Below, piece after piece: positions 1 through 12,182 of a stretch of DNA of 64,000 nucleotides. Position 1 is the first letter of the stretch. Every line of letters starts with the position of its first letter. The notes under the pieces were generated by a model that saw nothing but the letters and a program-made list of their open reading frames with translations, did no database searches and was not told the origin of the DNA. Source of the DNA: Azolla caroliniana (Eukaryota; Plantae; Polypodiophyta); the NCBI GenBank assembly GCA_043228905.1, contig JBHGNT010000014.1, positions 9,920,001 through 9,984,000 on the forward strand, read 5' to 3'. The translations under genes and the position numbers were made by a program.

Positions 1-11
1 CGCTGCATAAA

Positions 12-818
12 TTGCTCAATCTATTACCTCGCTTCAAGGAGACGGTCCATTCCCTCACAAATCGGGATCCATTGCATTCATCCGTAAACCTCACGGCCCC
101 GACACCAAGACCTCCTCTGATGGATTCACAAAATCCAGCCGTACAACTCATCTTACGAGGTCACGAAATTCCCAGACGCATTATCGATGGTGGTTTAGGC
201 GTCAATGTCCTTAGTGAAACGACATGCAACAAGATCGACATCACTCAATGGGAGTCGTGTCCATTCTGGTTACGAATGGCTGATACACGGTCGATATGCT
301 CGATAGGCCTCATCCAAAACTTCGAATTTACCTTGGGAGGACATGCTTTTACTGTGTCAGCTGTAATCTTACGCTTAGAGGCCCCCGACGCTTACCCCCT
401 CCTGCTTGGACGTCCATGGCTGCATACCACCAACATCAAGCAGCACTGGCAACGTAACATGATCTCATTTCGGCGTGGGAAAACCAAAGTCTGCATTCTT
501 ACGGAAGCACGGACCCCGACTCCTCCTAACAACAGCCTAATATACGCTGAAGGAGTCCATATGATAGATGGCCTCGCGGACGACGAGATGAACTCTTTCC
601 TGGATGAGCACCCTACGATAGTTCCACTTTTTGAAATCGACGTCCTTTCGGCCGTCGAACCCTACGTAGCCAACGCCATCGATCACGAAGTTTCCCACGA
701 ACCTAACCCGGCATCAATAAAAGAACTTCAACAAGCCCGTGACGCACTTGACCGCGAGTTAGCAATATCGCAACGTGTAAAAGCCTCCACCTTAGAAGAC
801 GTCAACCTCGGCTCCCCT
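12..818 (+). pseudogene. Gypsy pol: aspartic protease region, interrupted by copia insertion
   Basis: ORF 12..878 with DGG-type protease motif; clearly homologous to 52261-53118 of the second gypsy. Confidence 0.85.
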
Positions 819-1097
819 TGTCGAATACATGTGTATAATGGACGTATTCACACCATCCCGTTTCGGCCATTTATGTAATTAGCATAAAGGGTAGTTGCCC
901 TAAGTCGGTCACTATATATAGTGACCTTGTAACCTCTTTGTGAGGTTGGTTGTTGTATTATTGCTTTGTGAAATAAAGAGTCTTTTGTGTCTCTCTCTCT
1001 CTCTCTCTGTGCAACGACCTACATTCTGTCATACACAGGGAATAAACAGGAATCGAGTGCTTCAAGATCTTCCGCACTGACGACATTGCTTCCAACA
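819..1097 (+). repeat. 5' LTR of copia family A
   Basis: TGTCGAATAC...CTTCCAACA; direct repeat of 5896-6174; TATA inside palindrome 907-926. Confidence 0.97.
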
Positions 1098-1099
1098 TC

Positions 1100-1111
1100 T
1101 GGTATCAGAGC
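1100..1111 (+). promoter_or_regulatory. Primer binding site complementary to initiator tRNA-Met
   Basis: TGGTATCAGAGC 2 nt after the LTR end. Confidence 0.95.
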
Positions 1112-1688
1112 CTGCACAGTAGTCGGTCCTTCAATCCGCTGTCGGCCGTCGTCTCTGTATTCGGTTTCCTGCGTCATTCGAAGAAAGAGAGAAGAAGAAC
1201 AAAAACGAGGTTTGCACCTCATCGCGTTAGATCCCCTTGCTTGGAGTAAGCCAGCAGGTTGTACTCTGTCCCTTGTGATCGTAACCGCTCGAGGTGAAAT
1301 CCCCTTGTGCAACTTTGACAACAACCCAAATTCGTGCTTCATCTGGCTGATCGACATTCGGGAGGATCAGTCGGATCCGTCTCTCTCGTCGCTGCAGTCA
1401 CCCGAAGCCGAATCGGTCCAGATAATCGGTTTCAATAATCGGTATTCGGCATATATATCCGAAGCGAACCGGGCTCACTCCGACTCGGCGACATTCGGGA
1501 AGACCAGTCGGTTCTGTCCCTCAGGTTACCGTAGTCAATTCGAGCAAGTTCAACAATACATATATCCGAAGCCGAACCGACTCGGGTTCAAATCCGACTA
1601 GAACGATATCGGGTGAGCCAACAGGCTGCACTCCAACAAGATTCGTAGTCAACTCCGAACCGAGCTTCGTCAACCGAAACCAAATTTG

Positions 1689-4600
1689 ATGGCATCAACA
1701 TCCGGCTCGTCAGAAATGAGTCTACGAAAGTTCGATGGATCGAACTTTAACTTCTGGAAGGAGCAAATGCAGGACTATCTCATAGTCAAGGGGCAAATCG
1801 ATCCCATCGAAAATGAAGAACCTCCAAAAGGATACAAACCAATTGAGTGGCAGAAGCTGGACAGAATCGTCCGCGCCACGATTCGGATGCACCTATCGGA
1901 ATCGGTATACTTCACGGTGCAATCGTGTACGACAGCATTCGAACTGTGGAAAACACTGTCGGACACTTACGAAAAGAAGGTCGCCGCAACGAAGATGTTT
2001 CTGATCCGGCGCCTCTACAACTTGCGGATGAAAGAATCCGACTTGGTCCAAGCACACCTCAATGAGTACGAAAGCATAAGCTCCCAAATCTCGTCACAGG
2101 GGACGGCAATCGAGGATGAACTCAGAGCAATGATACTCATGAGCAGCCTTCCCCCATCATGGGAAACTTTCGTCACAACCGTGTGCAACGCGTCAACCAC
2201 GGCTGTTAAATACTCCGAAGTCACGAGCGCAATCCTGACCGAAGCAGCTCGGAGAAAGTCTTTCGCCAAAGACTCAACAGACGACGCCTACGTAGTACAA
2301 GGTTCGACAGACCGATCGAACATACGAGGACGAGATTCCTCACGGCCGCCGAACAATCAGCGAAGACGGAGCCAGTCACGGGATAACCGAATCTGCAACT
2401 ATTGCAAGAAACCCGGACACATCAAAGCCGACTGCCGCGCACTCAAGAACAAGAACAACAAGAAGAGTGGCCGGCATGAGGAGATCAATTACGTCAGCTT
2501 CTCAGCTGATGTACTACCGGACGACCCGAATATACTATCAATAGAAAATCCAGTCGGATCAGAAGTTCTACTCACGACTGAAGAATCGAGCACATGGCTC
2601 TTGGATTCGGGCGCGTCATTTCACGTGACTCCTCATCGATCCCAATTTCGGCAATATACGATCCGTCACTCCGACTCAGTTCGAGTCGGCAACTCACAAC
2701 ACTGTGTCATCGTCGGAATCGGCACAGTAGAGCTCAACCTTGCAGGGGGCTCTACACTTGTACTCCACAATGTCCGACATGTACCCGAGCTCACAAGGCC
2801 ATTGATCTCAGTCGGACAACTAGATGAAGACGGCATTCGTGCCGGTTTTTCTTCGGGAGGGTGGACACTCCACAGGGGGAACCTCCTGCTTGCTAGAGGA
2901 CCCAAGATACACTCACTGTATCCGTTACATGTTACGCTCAGAGAGGGTAACCTGTTTTTGGTGGATATTCCTGTGTCATCATTATGGCACCGAAGATTAG
3001 GACACCTCAGCAAGGCCGGCATCACGCACCTATCTAGCGCCGGATACATCCCCAAACTCTCCTTCTCGGACCATCAATTCTGCGAGCATTGCCAGTATGG
3101 CAAACAAGTAGCCGCATCACACCTGACATCAGCACCAAGAGAAACGAGACCTCTCGATTTAGTCCATTCGGACGTCTGTGGCCCAATGCCGCATCAGTCT
3201 CTAGGCGGTGCCTCTTACTTCGTCAGTTTTATTGACGATTCGACTCGAAAGGTGTGGGCTTATCCAATTCGCACCAAAGATCGTGTCTTCTCGATCTTCA
3301 CCGATTGGCTCGCTATGGTAGAAAATCAAACCGACCGAAAGCTGAAATGCCTTCGGACAGACAATGGGGGAGAGTTCAAATCCGATGAATTCGTCAAATT
3401 CTGCCGACAATGCGGCATCCGACGTGAATTTACGGCACCACACAGTCCGGAGCAAAACGGGATTGCCGAACGAATGAATCGGACAATCCAAGAAAGGATA
3501 GTTTCCATGCTCCAACACTCCGGACTGTCGGATGGCTTCTGGGCAGAGGCTCTACTCACGGCAGTACACATAATCAATATGTCGCCAAGTCGACCTCTAG
3601 GACTTCAAATTCCTCAGGAACTATGGATCGGCAGTAAGCCGAATTACGACAAGCTGAGGATCTTCGGATGCGAGGCGTACGCCCTCATTCCGAAAGATGA
3701 TCGCCGAAAACTTGCACCTCGGTCCAGGAAATGCATTTTCCTTGGATATGGATCAGACGGCGAAATGGGATACCGACTCTGGGACCCCGAACGCAGACAA
3801 ATCGTTCGAAGTTCGGACGTTGTGTTCAACGAGTCGGCTATGAATCCATCAGTCGAAAAACCGATCGAAGTCCGAAGGGTAACATTCTCCGATGTGCCGA
3901 CCCTTCAAGAAGGCCCCGCTCTCAACACACGGTCAGCTTCACGGGTAGCTGAACCTTATACTACCGACTCGGACAACTCTGACTCGGCACAGCCGAATGA
4001 TTCGGTTTCGGACCATCCGACCTCGATACCCGATGCGACCAGTCCAATCATACCTCGACGATCCGAGAGACTGTCGCAACCTCCGGAGAGGTATTCTCCT
4101 GGAATTTTCTTCACCGACGCCGGCGAACCGACGTCTTACGAAGAAGCATCGACATCTGTCGATTCGGCCACCTGGCATCTGGCGATGGAGTCGGAAATGC
4201 ACTCCATCCGGGCAAACAAGACTTGGGATCTGGTCGAATTACCTAGGAACCGACGTGCTCTTCCTTGCAAGTGGGTTTATCGACTAAAAGAGACGTCTGA
4301 TTCGACCACCCCAAAGTACAAGGCCAGATTAGTTGCGAAGGGCTTCCGACAAGAATATGGCGTCGACTTCGACGAGATTTTTTCACCAGTGGTGAAAATG
4401 ACAACCCTTCGTCTTCTGCTCGGCGTCGTGGCAGCCGACAACTTGGAGCTGATTCAGCTAGATGTCAAAACAGCCTTCCTCCATGGTAATCTCGAGGAGG
4501 AAATTTATATGGAGCAGCCAAAAGGCTTCGTGGCAACTGGCCAAGAACATCTAGTCTGCCGACTCAGGAAGAGTCTATACGGCCTCAAACAGGCACCGCG

Positions 4601-5702
4601 ACAATGGTACAAGAAGTTCGACGACTTCATCCAATCAATCGGCTTCTCCAAAAGCGATGAGGACCATTGTCTCTTCACCAACACAGCTCGAGATGGATCA
4701 CCCATCTTCCTCATCATTTACGTGGACGACATGCTAATTTCTGGACGCCACGCGGGCGAACTTGCCGATCTCGTTCGGCAACTGCGGTTGAAGTTTGCCA
4801 TGAAGGACCTCGGTCCGGCACGACACATCCTTGGCATGAAGATTAGTCGGCATCGCGATAAACGACATCTTTTTTTGTCTCAGACCGACTATATCGGACG
4901 TGTCTTGGAACGCTTCAACATGCAATCAGCCAAATCTGCTTCAACCCCACTCCCTATGAATCTTCGGCTCTCTCAGCGAGACTGCCCGACATCCGGTTCG
5001 GAGGGGGAAGATATGAAGTCGGTACCGTATGCACCGGCAGTCGGCTCCCTTATGTACCTGATGGTCGCGACACGGCCTGACATCTCTCATGCCGTAGGAG
5101 TCGTTAGCAGATTTATGCACAATCCTGGCCGATCGCATTGGAACGCAGTCAAGCATGTGTTCAGATATCTGGCTGGCACAAAAGACCATGGCATTCTTTT
5201 CGGACCGAACCGAACCTCAGGCGTAGTCGGTTACACCGACTCGGACTTCGCCGGCTGTATAGACAGTCGGAAATCAACAACCGGATACTGCTTCAAATTC
5301 GGCAATGGAGCAATCTCGTGGAAGTCGAAACTTCAGGAGTGCACAGCGACCTCAACGACCGAAGCAGAATATGTAGATGCGTCCGACGCAGCAAAAGAAG
5401 CTTTGTGGCTCGGTCGGCTGGCGCACACGTTTCGACAAGTCGAACATGACTCGGCTCCAGTTGTCTACAGCGACAGTCAAGGTGCTGTTGCCTTGTCGAA
5501 AAATCCGGTTCACCACAACGCCTCCAAACATATCGACGTTCGATATCACTTCGTTCGGGACTGCGTCATTTCAGGGAAAATCGGTCTAGAGAAAATATCC
5601 ACAACCGATAATGTCGCAGATGGAATGACCAAATGTCTCTCGGCAAACCGTTTTCGGTCTCTTCGGCATCAGATGGGCGTAACGACAAACCAGTCCGGTT
5701 AG
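1689..5702 (+). CDS. Copia gag-pol polyprotein (Gag, CCHC knuckle, protease, integrase, RT, RNase H)
   Basis: ATG at 1689 (ORF track starts at TTG 1686); CNYCKKPGHIKADC, WLLDSGASFH, HSDVCGP/TDNGGEF/ERMNRT integrase, QLDVKTAFLHG and YVDDM RT, YTDSDFAG/DSQGA RNase H. Confidence 0.97.
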   Translation: MASTSGSSEMSLRKFDGSNFNFWKEQMQDYLIVKGQIDPIENEEPPKGYKPIEWQKLDRIVRATIRMHLSESVYFTVQSCTTAFELWKTLSDTYEKKVAATKMFLIRRLYNLRMKESDLVQAHLNEYESISSQISSQGTAIEDELRAMILMSSLPPSWETFVTTVCNASTTAVKYSEVTSAILTEAARRKSFAKDSTDDAYVVQGSTDRSNIRGRDSSRPPNNQRRRSQSRDNRICNYCKKPGHIKADCRALKNKNNKKSGRHEEINYVSFSADVLPDDPNILSIENPVGSEVLLTTEESSTWLLDSGASFHVTPHRSQFRQYTIRHSDSVRVGNSQHCVIVGIGTVELNLAGGSTLVLHNVRHVPELTRPLISVGQLDEDGIRAGFSSGGWTLHRGNLLLARGPKIHSLYPLHVTLREGNLFLVDIPVSSLWHRRLGHLSKAGITHLSSAGYIPKLSFSDHQFCEHCQYGKQVAASHLTSAPRETRPLDLVHSDVCGPMPHQSLGGASYFVSFIDDSTRKVWAYPIRTKDRVFSIFTDWLAMVENQTDRKLKCLRTDNGGEFKSDEFVKFCRQCGIRREFTAPHSPEQNGIAERMNRTIQERIVSMLQHSGLSDGFWAEALLTAVHIINMSPSRPLGLQIPQELWIGSKPNYDKLRIFGCEAYALIPKDDRRKLAPRSRKCIFLGYGSDGEMGYRLWDPERRQIVRSSDVVFNESAMNPSVEKPIEVRRVTFSDVPTLQEGPALNTRSASRVAEPYTTDSDNSDSAQPNDSVSDHPTSIPDATSPIIPRRSERLSQPPERYSPGIFFTDAGEPTSYEEASTSVDSATWHLAMESEMHSIRANKTWDLVELPRNRRALPCKWVYRLKETSDSTTPKYKARLVAKGFRQEYGVDFDEIFSPVVKMTTLRLLLGVVAADNLELIQLDVKTAFLHGNLEEEIYMEQPKGFVATGQEHLVCRLRKSLYGLKQAPRQWYKKFDDFIQSIGFSKSDEDHCLFTNTARDGSPIFLIIYVDDMLISGRHAGELADLVRQLRLKFAMKDLGPARHILGMKISRHRDKRHLFLSQTDYIGRVLERFNMQSAKSASTPLPMNLRLSQRDCPTSGSEGEDMKSVPYAPAVGSLMYLMVATRPDISHAVGVVSRFMHNPGRSHWNAVKHVFRYLAGTKDHGILFGPNRTSGVVGYTDSDFAGCIDSRKSTTGYCFKFGNGAISWKSKLQECTATSTTEAEYVDASDAAKEALWLGRLAHTFRQVEHDSAPVVYSDSQGAVALSKNPVHHNASKHIDVRYHFVRDCVISGKIGLEKISTTDNVADGMTKCLSANRFRSLRHQMGVTTNQSG

Positions 5703-5895
5703 AGCCGGACACAGAGCAGGATGGTTCCCGACAACCGACATCAGCTCCTTAATGATCGGCTTCAACTGTTCCGACCCGACCAGTTCGGTCTTCTGTCTTC
5801 GGATCCTGCCGACTCGAACAAAGCTGATATGTCCGAGAACCTAAGTCTATACCTGTAATCTTAGATAACCCATGTATACGCCCATTACGGGGGAG

Positions 5896-6174
5896 TGTCG
5901 AATACATGTGTATAATGGACGTATTCACACCATCCCGTTTCGGCCATTTATGTAATTAGCATAAAGGGTAGTTGCCCTAAGTCGGTCACTATATATAGTG
6001 ACCTTGTAACCTCTTTGTGAGGTTGGTTGTTGTATTATTGCTTTGTGAAATAAAGAGTCTTTTGTGTCTCTCTCTCTCTCTCTCTGTGCAACGACCTACA
6101 TTCTGTCATACACAGGGAATAAACAGGAATCGAGTGCTTCAAGATCTTCCGCACTGACGACATTGCTTCCAACA
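5896..6174 (+). repeat. 3' LTR of copia family A
   Basis: Matches 819-1097; preceded by PPT, followed by TSD. Confidence 0.97.
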
Positions 6175-6930
6175 CCCCTTCCGAGCCACGCACCGTAAAA
6201 ATTGCCAAAGACTTGGCAACTAGCGACAGATTGGCCTTAATAGGATTGCTTATAGAGTATCAGGACGTGTTCGCATGGTCCTACAACAACATGAAAGGCC
6301 TAGATCCTCAGTACTACCAACACTAAATACACCTTCAAACGGACGCACAACCAATTCAACAACAACGATACGAAATGAATCCCAAATATGCAGCGTGTTG
6401 AGAGACAAGCTCAACATTGGGAGCGTAAACAGGTACGTAACCCAGTGTGTAGATTGGGTGCATAAAACCGTGCGCAAAATATGGCCATAGTGGTATGTAA
6501 ACCAAGAGGCAGTTAGAATGTTATTCCTCGTAAGGAATAATTTTGGTGGTAAGTGTAGGATGCTCATTTATGAGCAGTCAGGTACTGTAAGTACTTGTGT
6601 CAGCCCGATAGTCAGGGCTTGTATAAAAGGTGCCAACTGAGCACCAAGTATGTACAGAGAACATACAAAGAATTATTTTTGAATATAATTATGTTTTCTG
6701 CTCTGTCTTTGTCTTTGTCTATCCCTCTCCTTCTCTCTGATTTCTGTGTTTTATCGAACTGTCGTAATTCCGAACCGTGTACTTAGTGTCTTACGCATAC
6801 ACTTCCGCACATGTATTCTTTACATGGTATCAGAGCGCGAGGGTTGAGACTCCTTTGCAACCGACAAAAAAGCTTGCAATAAAGATAGAGTTAAGTTATA
6901 GTTTTTTTTCGGAGAGGATAAGACAGCAGT

Positions 6931-9900
6931 ATGGACAGAGGAATGGGAAGCTCGCTACTGACTGAGAAGCTCGACAGGAGCAACTACGCATCTTGGTCAT
7001 ACAAGATGACCGGTATATGCTTGTTCATGGTTACTAGAGTTATGTCGATGGAGCTAATGATGCAGCACCCGAATTGTCACACAAAGATTTTTAAGCTTGG
7101 GAATAAGCGGCAAGCAGAGTTCTTTACTGCTTCGCATCCTGTGTGAGCAACCAGCTCTTGAGCTACATTCGAGATGCTAAGACGCCAAAGGACGCGTGGT
7201 TGAAGCTCAAGACGATTTTCGCCACTAGCACAATGGCCAGGAAGCTGCAGCTCAGATAGGAGCTCAACAATGTCCGACAGAAAGATCTGTCTGTGGCCGA
7301 TTACACGGCCCGAATCAAGGAGATCTGCGACTCTCCCGCCTCCATCAACGTGAATGTCGAGGAGGATGAAATGGTGCAGGTTTACCTTGGTGGGTTAGTG
7401 TCAAAGTTTGGAGCATTCTGGACGGCGGCCTACACAAGAGAGATTATGCCTTCGTTCTTCGAGCTTCAGTCGATGTTGCTCGTGGAGGAAAATCACGCGG
7501 GTGCGTCAACGAGTTCACACACCACCAGCAAGATGTTGTACACGGAGGAAGATAGGACTTTTAGTCGTGGCGGACGGGGCGGATCGGCGCACAATGGAGG
7601 CGGTCGAAAAGAGCAGAACGTGTGGCATAATCAAAATGCCGGAAGCAATTCCGAACCCTCCGGAAGCAAGGGGAGTCACAACAGCGTCGGATGCCGGAAA
7701 GAGAAGGCCACAACGGAATGTTGGTATTGTGGCAAGAAAGGCCACAGGGAGAGAGAGTGGTGGAAGAAGAGAGCCAATTTGGACAAAGCCAAATCGAGTG
7801 GAAGAGCCGCAGGAAGGCGTCAGAAATCGCACTACGCCGAAGGCTCCAAACGAGCCGAAAATGGATCAGGCCTAGCCTTCGTAATGAAGCACAAGGCCAA
7901 TTCGATGGTCGTGAACACCTCGAAATCGAGCGAGGTGTGGTATGTTGATTCCGTAGCGTCAAATCATATGACGAGTCATGAGGAATGGTTCTCGTACTTG
8001 GAGAAACCGGAAAAACAAGGAGTGGTCGAAACGTGAGACAACACTCCGCATACCATCGAACATGTCGGAGAAGTTCCTCTCAACCACGTCGGGCAGAAAG
8101 AGAAACTTATGAACGTGTTGCACATCCCGACAATAACCAAGAACCTAGTGTCGGTCAGTCAAATTGTTGACCAAGGGATGCAAGTTCGATTCATGCACCT
8201 CGAGTGCTACATCGAAGAGGAAGGCCAAGTTATCGCACAAGGGCGCCGTGAAGGGAGGTTGTTCGTCCTCGACACCAATCAAGCCGGAACCGCGTTGTTC
8301 GTTAGAGGACAAAAGGTCGAGTCGGACATCAATCTGTGGCACAAGCAAATCGGACACGTTAACTTCCCACGACTTTGTGAAATGCAAACGAAGAACATTG
8401 TTTTTTATTTGCCGAAATTTCAGGGCCATAATGGCCAAGTTTGCGAAGCCTGCCAACTAGGGAAGCAACACCAACTTTCATTCCCAAACGAGCGTAATCG
8501 GAGTCGAAATCCGCTTGACTTAATCCATTCAGATGTATGGGAACCGGCACAGAACGTGAGTCTCGGTGGAAGCCGTTACTTCGTAACCTTCATCAATGAC
8601 TTCACTTGGCATACTTGGGCATGCTTGATCATGAAAAAGAGCAAAATCTTCGCATGGTTCCTGAAGGTGAAAAACCTTGCAGTAAGGGAAACAGGGCGTA
8701 AGATCAAGTGCCTACGGTCCGATGGCGAGAAGGAGTACTTCTCCGACCAGTTCACGAGTTATCTACAGAAGCAGGGAATTCGACGCGAATTCTCGTGTAG
8801 ATATACACCGGAGTAGAATGACATAGACGAGCGGAAGTATCGGACGATTGAAGAAGCCGCCAGGGCAATTCTTGAAGAGAAGCATATGCCGAAGTTTTAC
8901 TGGGCTAAAGCTGTAAGGATGGTTGTTTATTTGCAAAATCGAACTTTTGCTAATGGAGGAGTGTCGCCACACGAGTTGTATTTTGGAAAGAAGCCGAACT
9001 TGGCACACTTGAGGATTTTCGGCAGCATTGCATATGTGCATGTGCCGAAGGAGAAGAGGAGGAAGTTGGATGCCAAAGCCGAGAAGTGTATCTTGGTCGG
9101 CTATTCAGACGAGCAGAAGGGGTATAAGTGCTATAACCCCTGAACAAAGGAAGTTCACGTAAGTCGAGATGTCGTGTTCGACGAGTCCGCTTCATGGTAC
9201 ATGCCTTCACCTCCAATACCTCATGATTCCATTCTGAATTCTGAAGAAGAGGTCAACGAGGCTGAGATGCCTCTGCGTGATGAGGATATTGGAGCTCTGA
9301 CAGAGAGTCCGATCTCATTTTGGCTAACTGGGCCGAGTGAGGGGTTGGGCCGAGATGGTCAACCAAATGAAGAGCCGGCGAGTAGTGGAGACTCGGTCGT
9401 GTTGTCCCCGCGTAAAGAACCGAGGAGACCATTCATGTGTAAAGAAAAAGGGAAGAAGAAAATGTCAGAATATGATTTCGGTAATGCTGAATCAGATCGG
9501 AGCGAATTTGACTTCGGGCCAATCAAGAAGGAACCTCCGTGGAAGGGGTTGAAATCGACCGAAAAGGTCGTGAAATTGGGTAATCACGAATTACGCCGAT
9601 CTACCCGTCTGAAGAACCCCGTAAAGAGGTACGGGTACAATGAATACATGGCACACCATTACGCATACATGACACGAGTGGTGGAAGTGCGTGAGTAGGA
9701 GAGCTACGCAGAAGCGGTGGAAGACGCACACTGGCGTGCCGCGATGGAGGAAGAGATGCACGTATTATCAGACAACGAGACTTGGGACTTGGTTGACGCA
9801 CCTAAAGGTGTTAATCCAATCAGATGCAGATGGGTGTTTAATGTGAAATACAACACTGACGGCTCGGTCAACCGATATAAGGCCCGTTTGGTTGCGAAAG

Positions 9901-11337
9901 GCTACGCGCAGAAGCAACGACATCGATTACGACGAGACCTTCGCACCTGTCGCGAAGATGACTACCGTGCGAGTTCTGCTAGCTGTTGCTGCGACGAAGG
10001 GGTGGCATCTACATTAGATGGATGTAAAGAATGTGTTCCTGCAAGGTGATCTTGAGGAATAGGTGTACATGGTACAACCCCCCGGATTTCTATCCAAATA
10101 GAACACTTTGATAGTCTGCCGATTGAAGAAGGCGTTATACGGCCTTAAGCAAGCCCCGCGAGATTGAAACACGAAGATTACACAACGATTGCGTAAAATG
10201 GGGTTTACAACGTCCAAATGGAACTCCTCATTGTTCGTTCGGCAAGGTCGACATGGACCAGTTTTGTCTTTTACTTTATGTTGATGATTTAGTCATCGTC
10301 GGTGCCGACTTGGAAGAAATCGGCCGCGTAAAGTCTCAGCTTGCGGTATCGTTCGAAATGAAGGATCTTGGTGACCTTCATTACTTCCTCGGGATCAAAG
10401 TGATCCGTACCCCCGAAGGCATATTGATCAGTCAGCGTCATTACGCGCTGAATATGCTCTTCAAGTTCGGGATGGCAGATTATAAGCCCATCTCGACCCC
10501 TCTGGATAGAAACGTAAAGCTTCGCCAAGATTCGGGAAAGGCGTGCGACCCGACACGGTTTCGATAGATTGTCGGAAGACTCATCTACTTGACGATCACT
10601 CGGCCAGACCTCAACTATCCGGTCAGAATGATCAGTCAATTTATGTTGCAGCCTACAACCAAACACCTTCAGTGTGCACAAAGGATATTATGATATGTCA
10701 GCGGCACTAAAGACATGGCGTTGTTGTATCGTGCAAACGTAGTCGAGCAATTAGTCGGTTACACGGATGCCGATTGGGCCAGAAATGCCCACGATCGTAG
10801 ATCCACATCCAAATACGAATTCTGATTGGGAAGTGTGGCGATCGTGTGGAGCAGTAAGAAGCAACTAACAATAGCATTGTCAAGCACAGAGGCTGAATAT
10901 CAAGGGGCGATTGTCGCTATGTGTGAAGTCATTTGGCTGAAACGACTATTATGAGATCTGCAGTAGAGGTGTTCGATCCAATGACAATCTATTGTGACAA
11001 CCTCAGCAGCATCCACCTGGCAAAAAACCTTGTATTCCACGCTCGGATCAAGCACATTGAGGTGCACTACCATTTTGTCCGCAAGCGTGTCCTTTCTGGT
11101 GAAGTCGAATTGGTGTATGTTCCGACGGGCCGGCAGATTATCGACATCTTCACCAAGCCACTTGTTCTCGACAAGTTACGACATTTCTCAGTTGAGCTGG
11201 GTTTGCAACACCTTGACACGCCGAACCTGAGGGGGAGACAGGAACATAGGGGCCGTAATCGCAAGGAAGAGCCGAAGACAACCGAACAAAGGGGAAACAA
11301 AGCCAAGAAAGGTGTAAAGGCCAAGATTAAGACATGA
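6931..11337 (+). pseudogene. Copia family B gag-pol with multiple stops and frameshifts
   Basis: Fragments: CWYCGKKGH knuckle, WYVDSVASNH protease, HSDVW/RSDG integrase, KARLVAKGY and YVDDL RT, KHIEVHYHFVR RNase H end. Confidence 0.93.
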
Positions 11338-11448
11338 TCTGACGTAGTTAAGGGCCTGAAGACAACCGAACAAAGGGGAAACAAAGCCAAGAAAGGTGTA
11401 AAGGCCAAGACTAGGACATGGTCGGACGTAGTTAAGGGCCTGAAGACA
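11274..11448 (+). repeat. 84-bp tandem repeat (2 copies plus 7 bp) in the copia B 3' region
   Basis: GAAGACAACCGAACAAAGGGG... begins at 11274 and 11358; GAAGACA recurs at 11442. Confidence 0.9.
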
Positions 11449-12182
11449 GAAGACGAATTGGAGACGGCCAATTCGGGTGAAAGCGGGAATGAATCGGAAA
11501 TGTTCGATTCAATCGTAATGTTCGATTTGGATATGCTGAATCAACTGAGGGCCAAGCAAAGAAAAGGACAGCGAAAGAGGCATCAACACCGCGACAACAA
11601 GGGAGTTGAGAAAGGCCGCATGAGTAGACAAGCCGGCCAGAAGGGTCGAAGCCCGCGGAATCGAATGGGTTAAGGAGCGCGAGCGAGGCGTGAAGCCAGG
11701 AGAGGCCAGAGAGAAGATCCTGAAAAGCATATGGAACCTCAAGTTGAGCTTGAGGGGGAGTGTTGAGAGACAAGCTCAACATTGGGAGCATAAACGGGTA
11801 CGTAACCCAGTGCGTAGATTGGGTGCTTAAAACCGTGCGCAAAATATGGTAGTAGCAATATGTAAACCAAGAGGCCGTTAGAATGTTATTCATCGTAAGG
11901 AAAATTTGGGGGTAAGTGTAGGATGCTCATTTATGAGCAGTTAGGTACTGTAAGTACTTGTGTCAGCTCGATAGTCAGGGCTTGTATAAAAGGTGCCAAT
12001 TGAGCACCAAGTACGTACAGAGAACATACAAAGAATTATTTTTGAATATAGTTATGTTTTCTGCTCTCTCTCTCTCCCTCTCCTTCTCTCTGATTTCTGT
12101 GTTTTATCAAACTGTCGTAATTCCGAACTGTGTACTTAGTGTCTTACGCATACAGTTCCGCACATGTATTCTTTACACGACG

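Larger units (their letters stand above)
819..6174 (+). mobile_element. Intact, very young Ty1/copia LTR retrotransposon (family A)
   Basis: 279-bp LTRs 819-1097 and 5896-6174 (TG...CA, identical by eye), TSD CCCCT (814-818, 6175-6179), PBS TGGTATCAGAGC 1100-1111, PPT GGGGGAG 5889-5895, uninterrupted gag-pol. Confidence 0.98.
6396..12177 (+). mobile_element. Full-length degenerate Ty1/copia element (family B)
   Basis: LTRs 6396-6824 and 11761-12177 (TG...CA, visibly diverged), PBS TGGTATCAGAGC 6825-6836, PPT GAGGGGGAG 11752-11760, imperfect TSD CAGCG/CGACG. Confidence 0.95.

Noticed and set aside
987-1601. 204-aa ORF
   Set aside because: Starts at GTG in the LTR microsatellite, spans PBS and leader, and is not continuous in the sister copy
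1775-5589. Many short antisense or alternate-frame ORFs within copia gag-pol (likewise in the other elements)
   Set aside because: Shadow ORFs of the polyprotein; shared between copies only because the DNA is nearly identical
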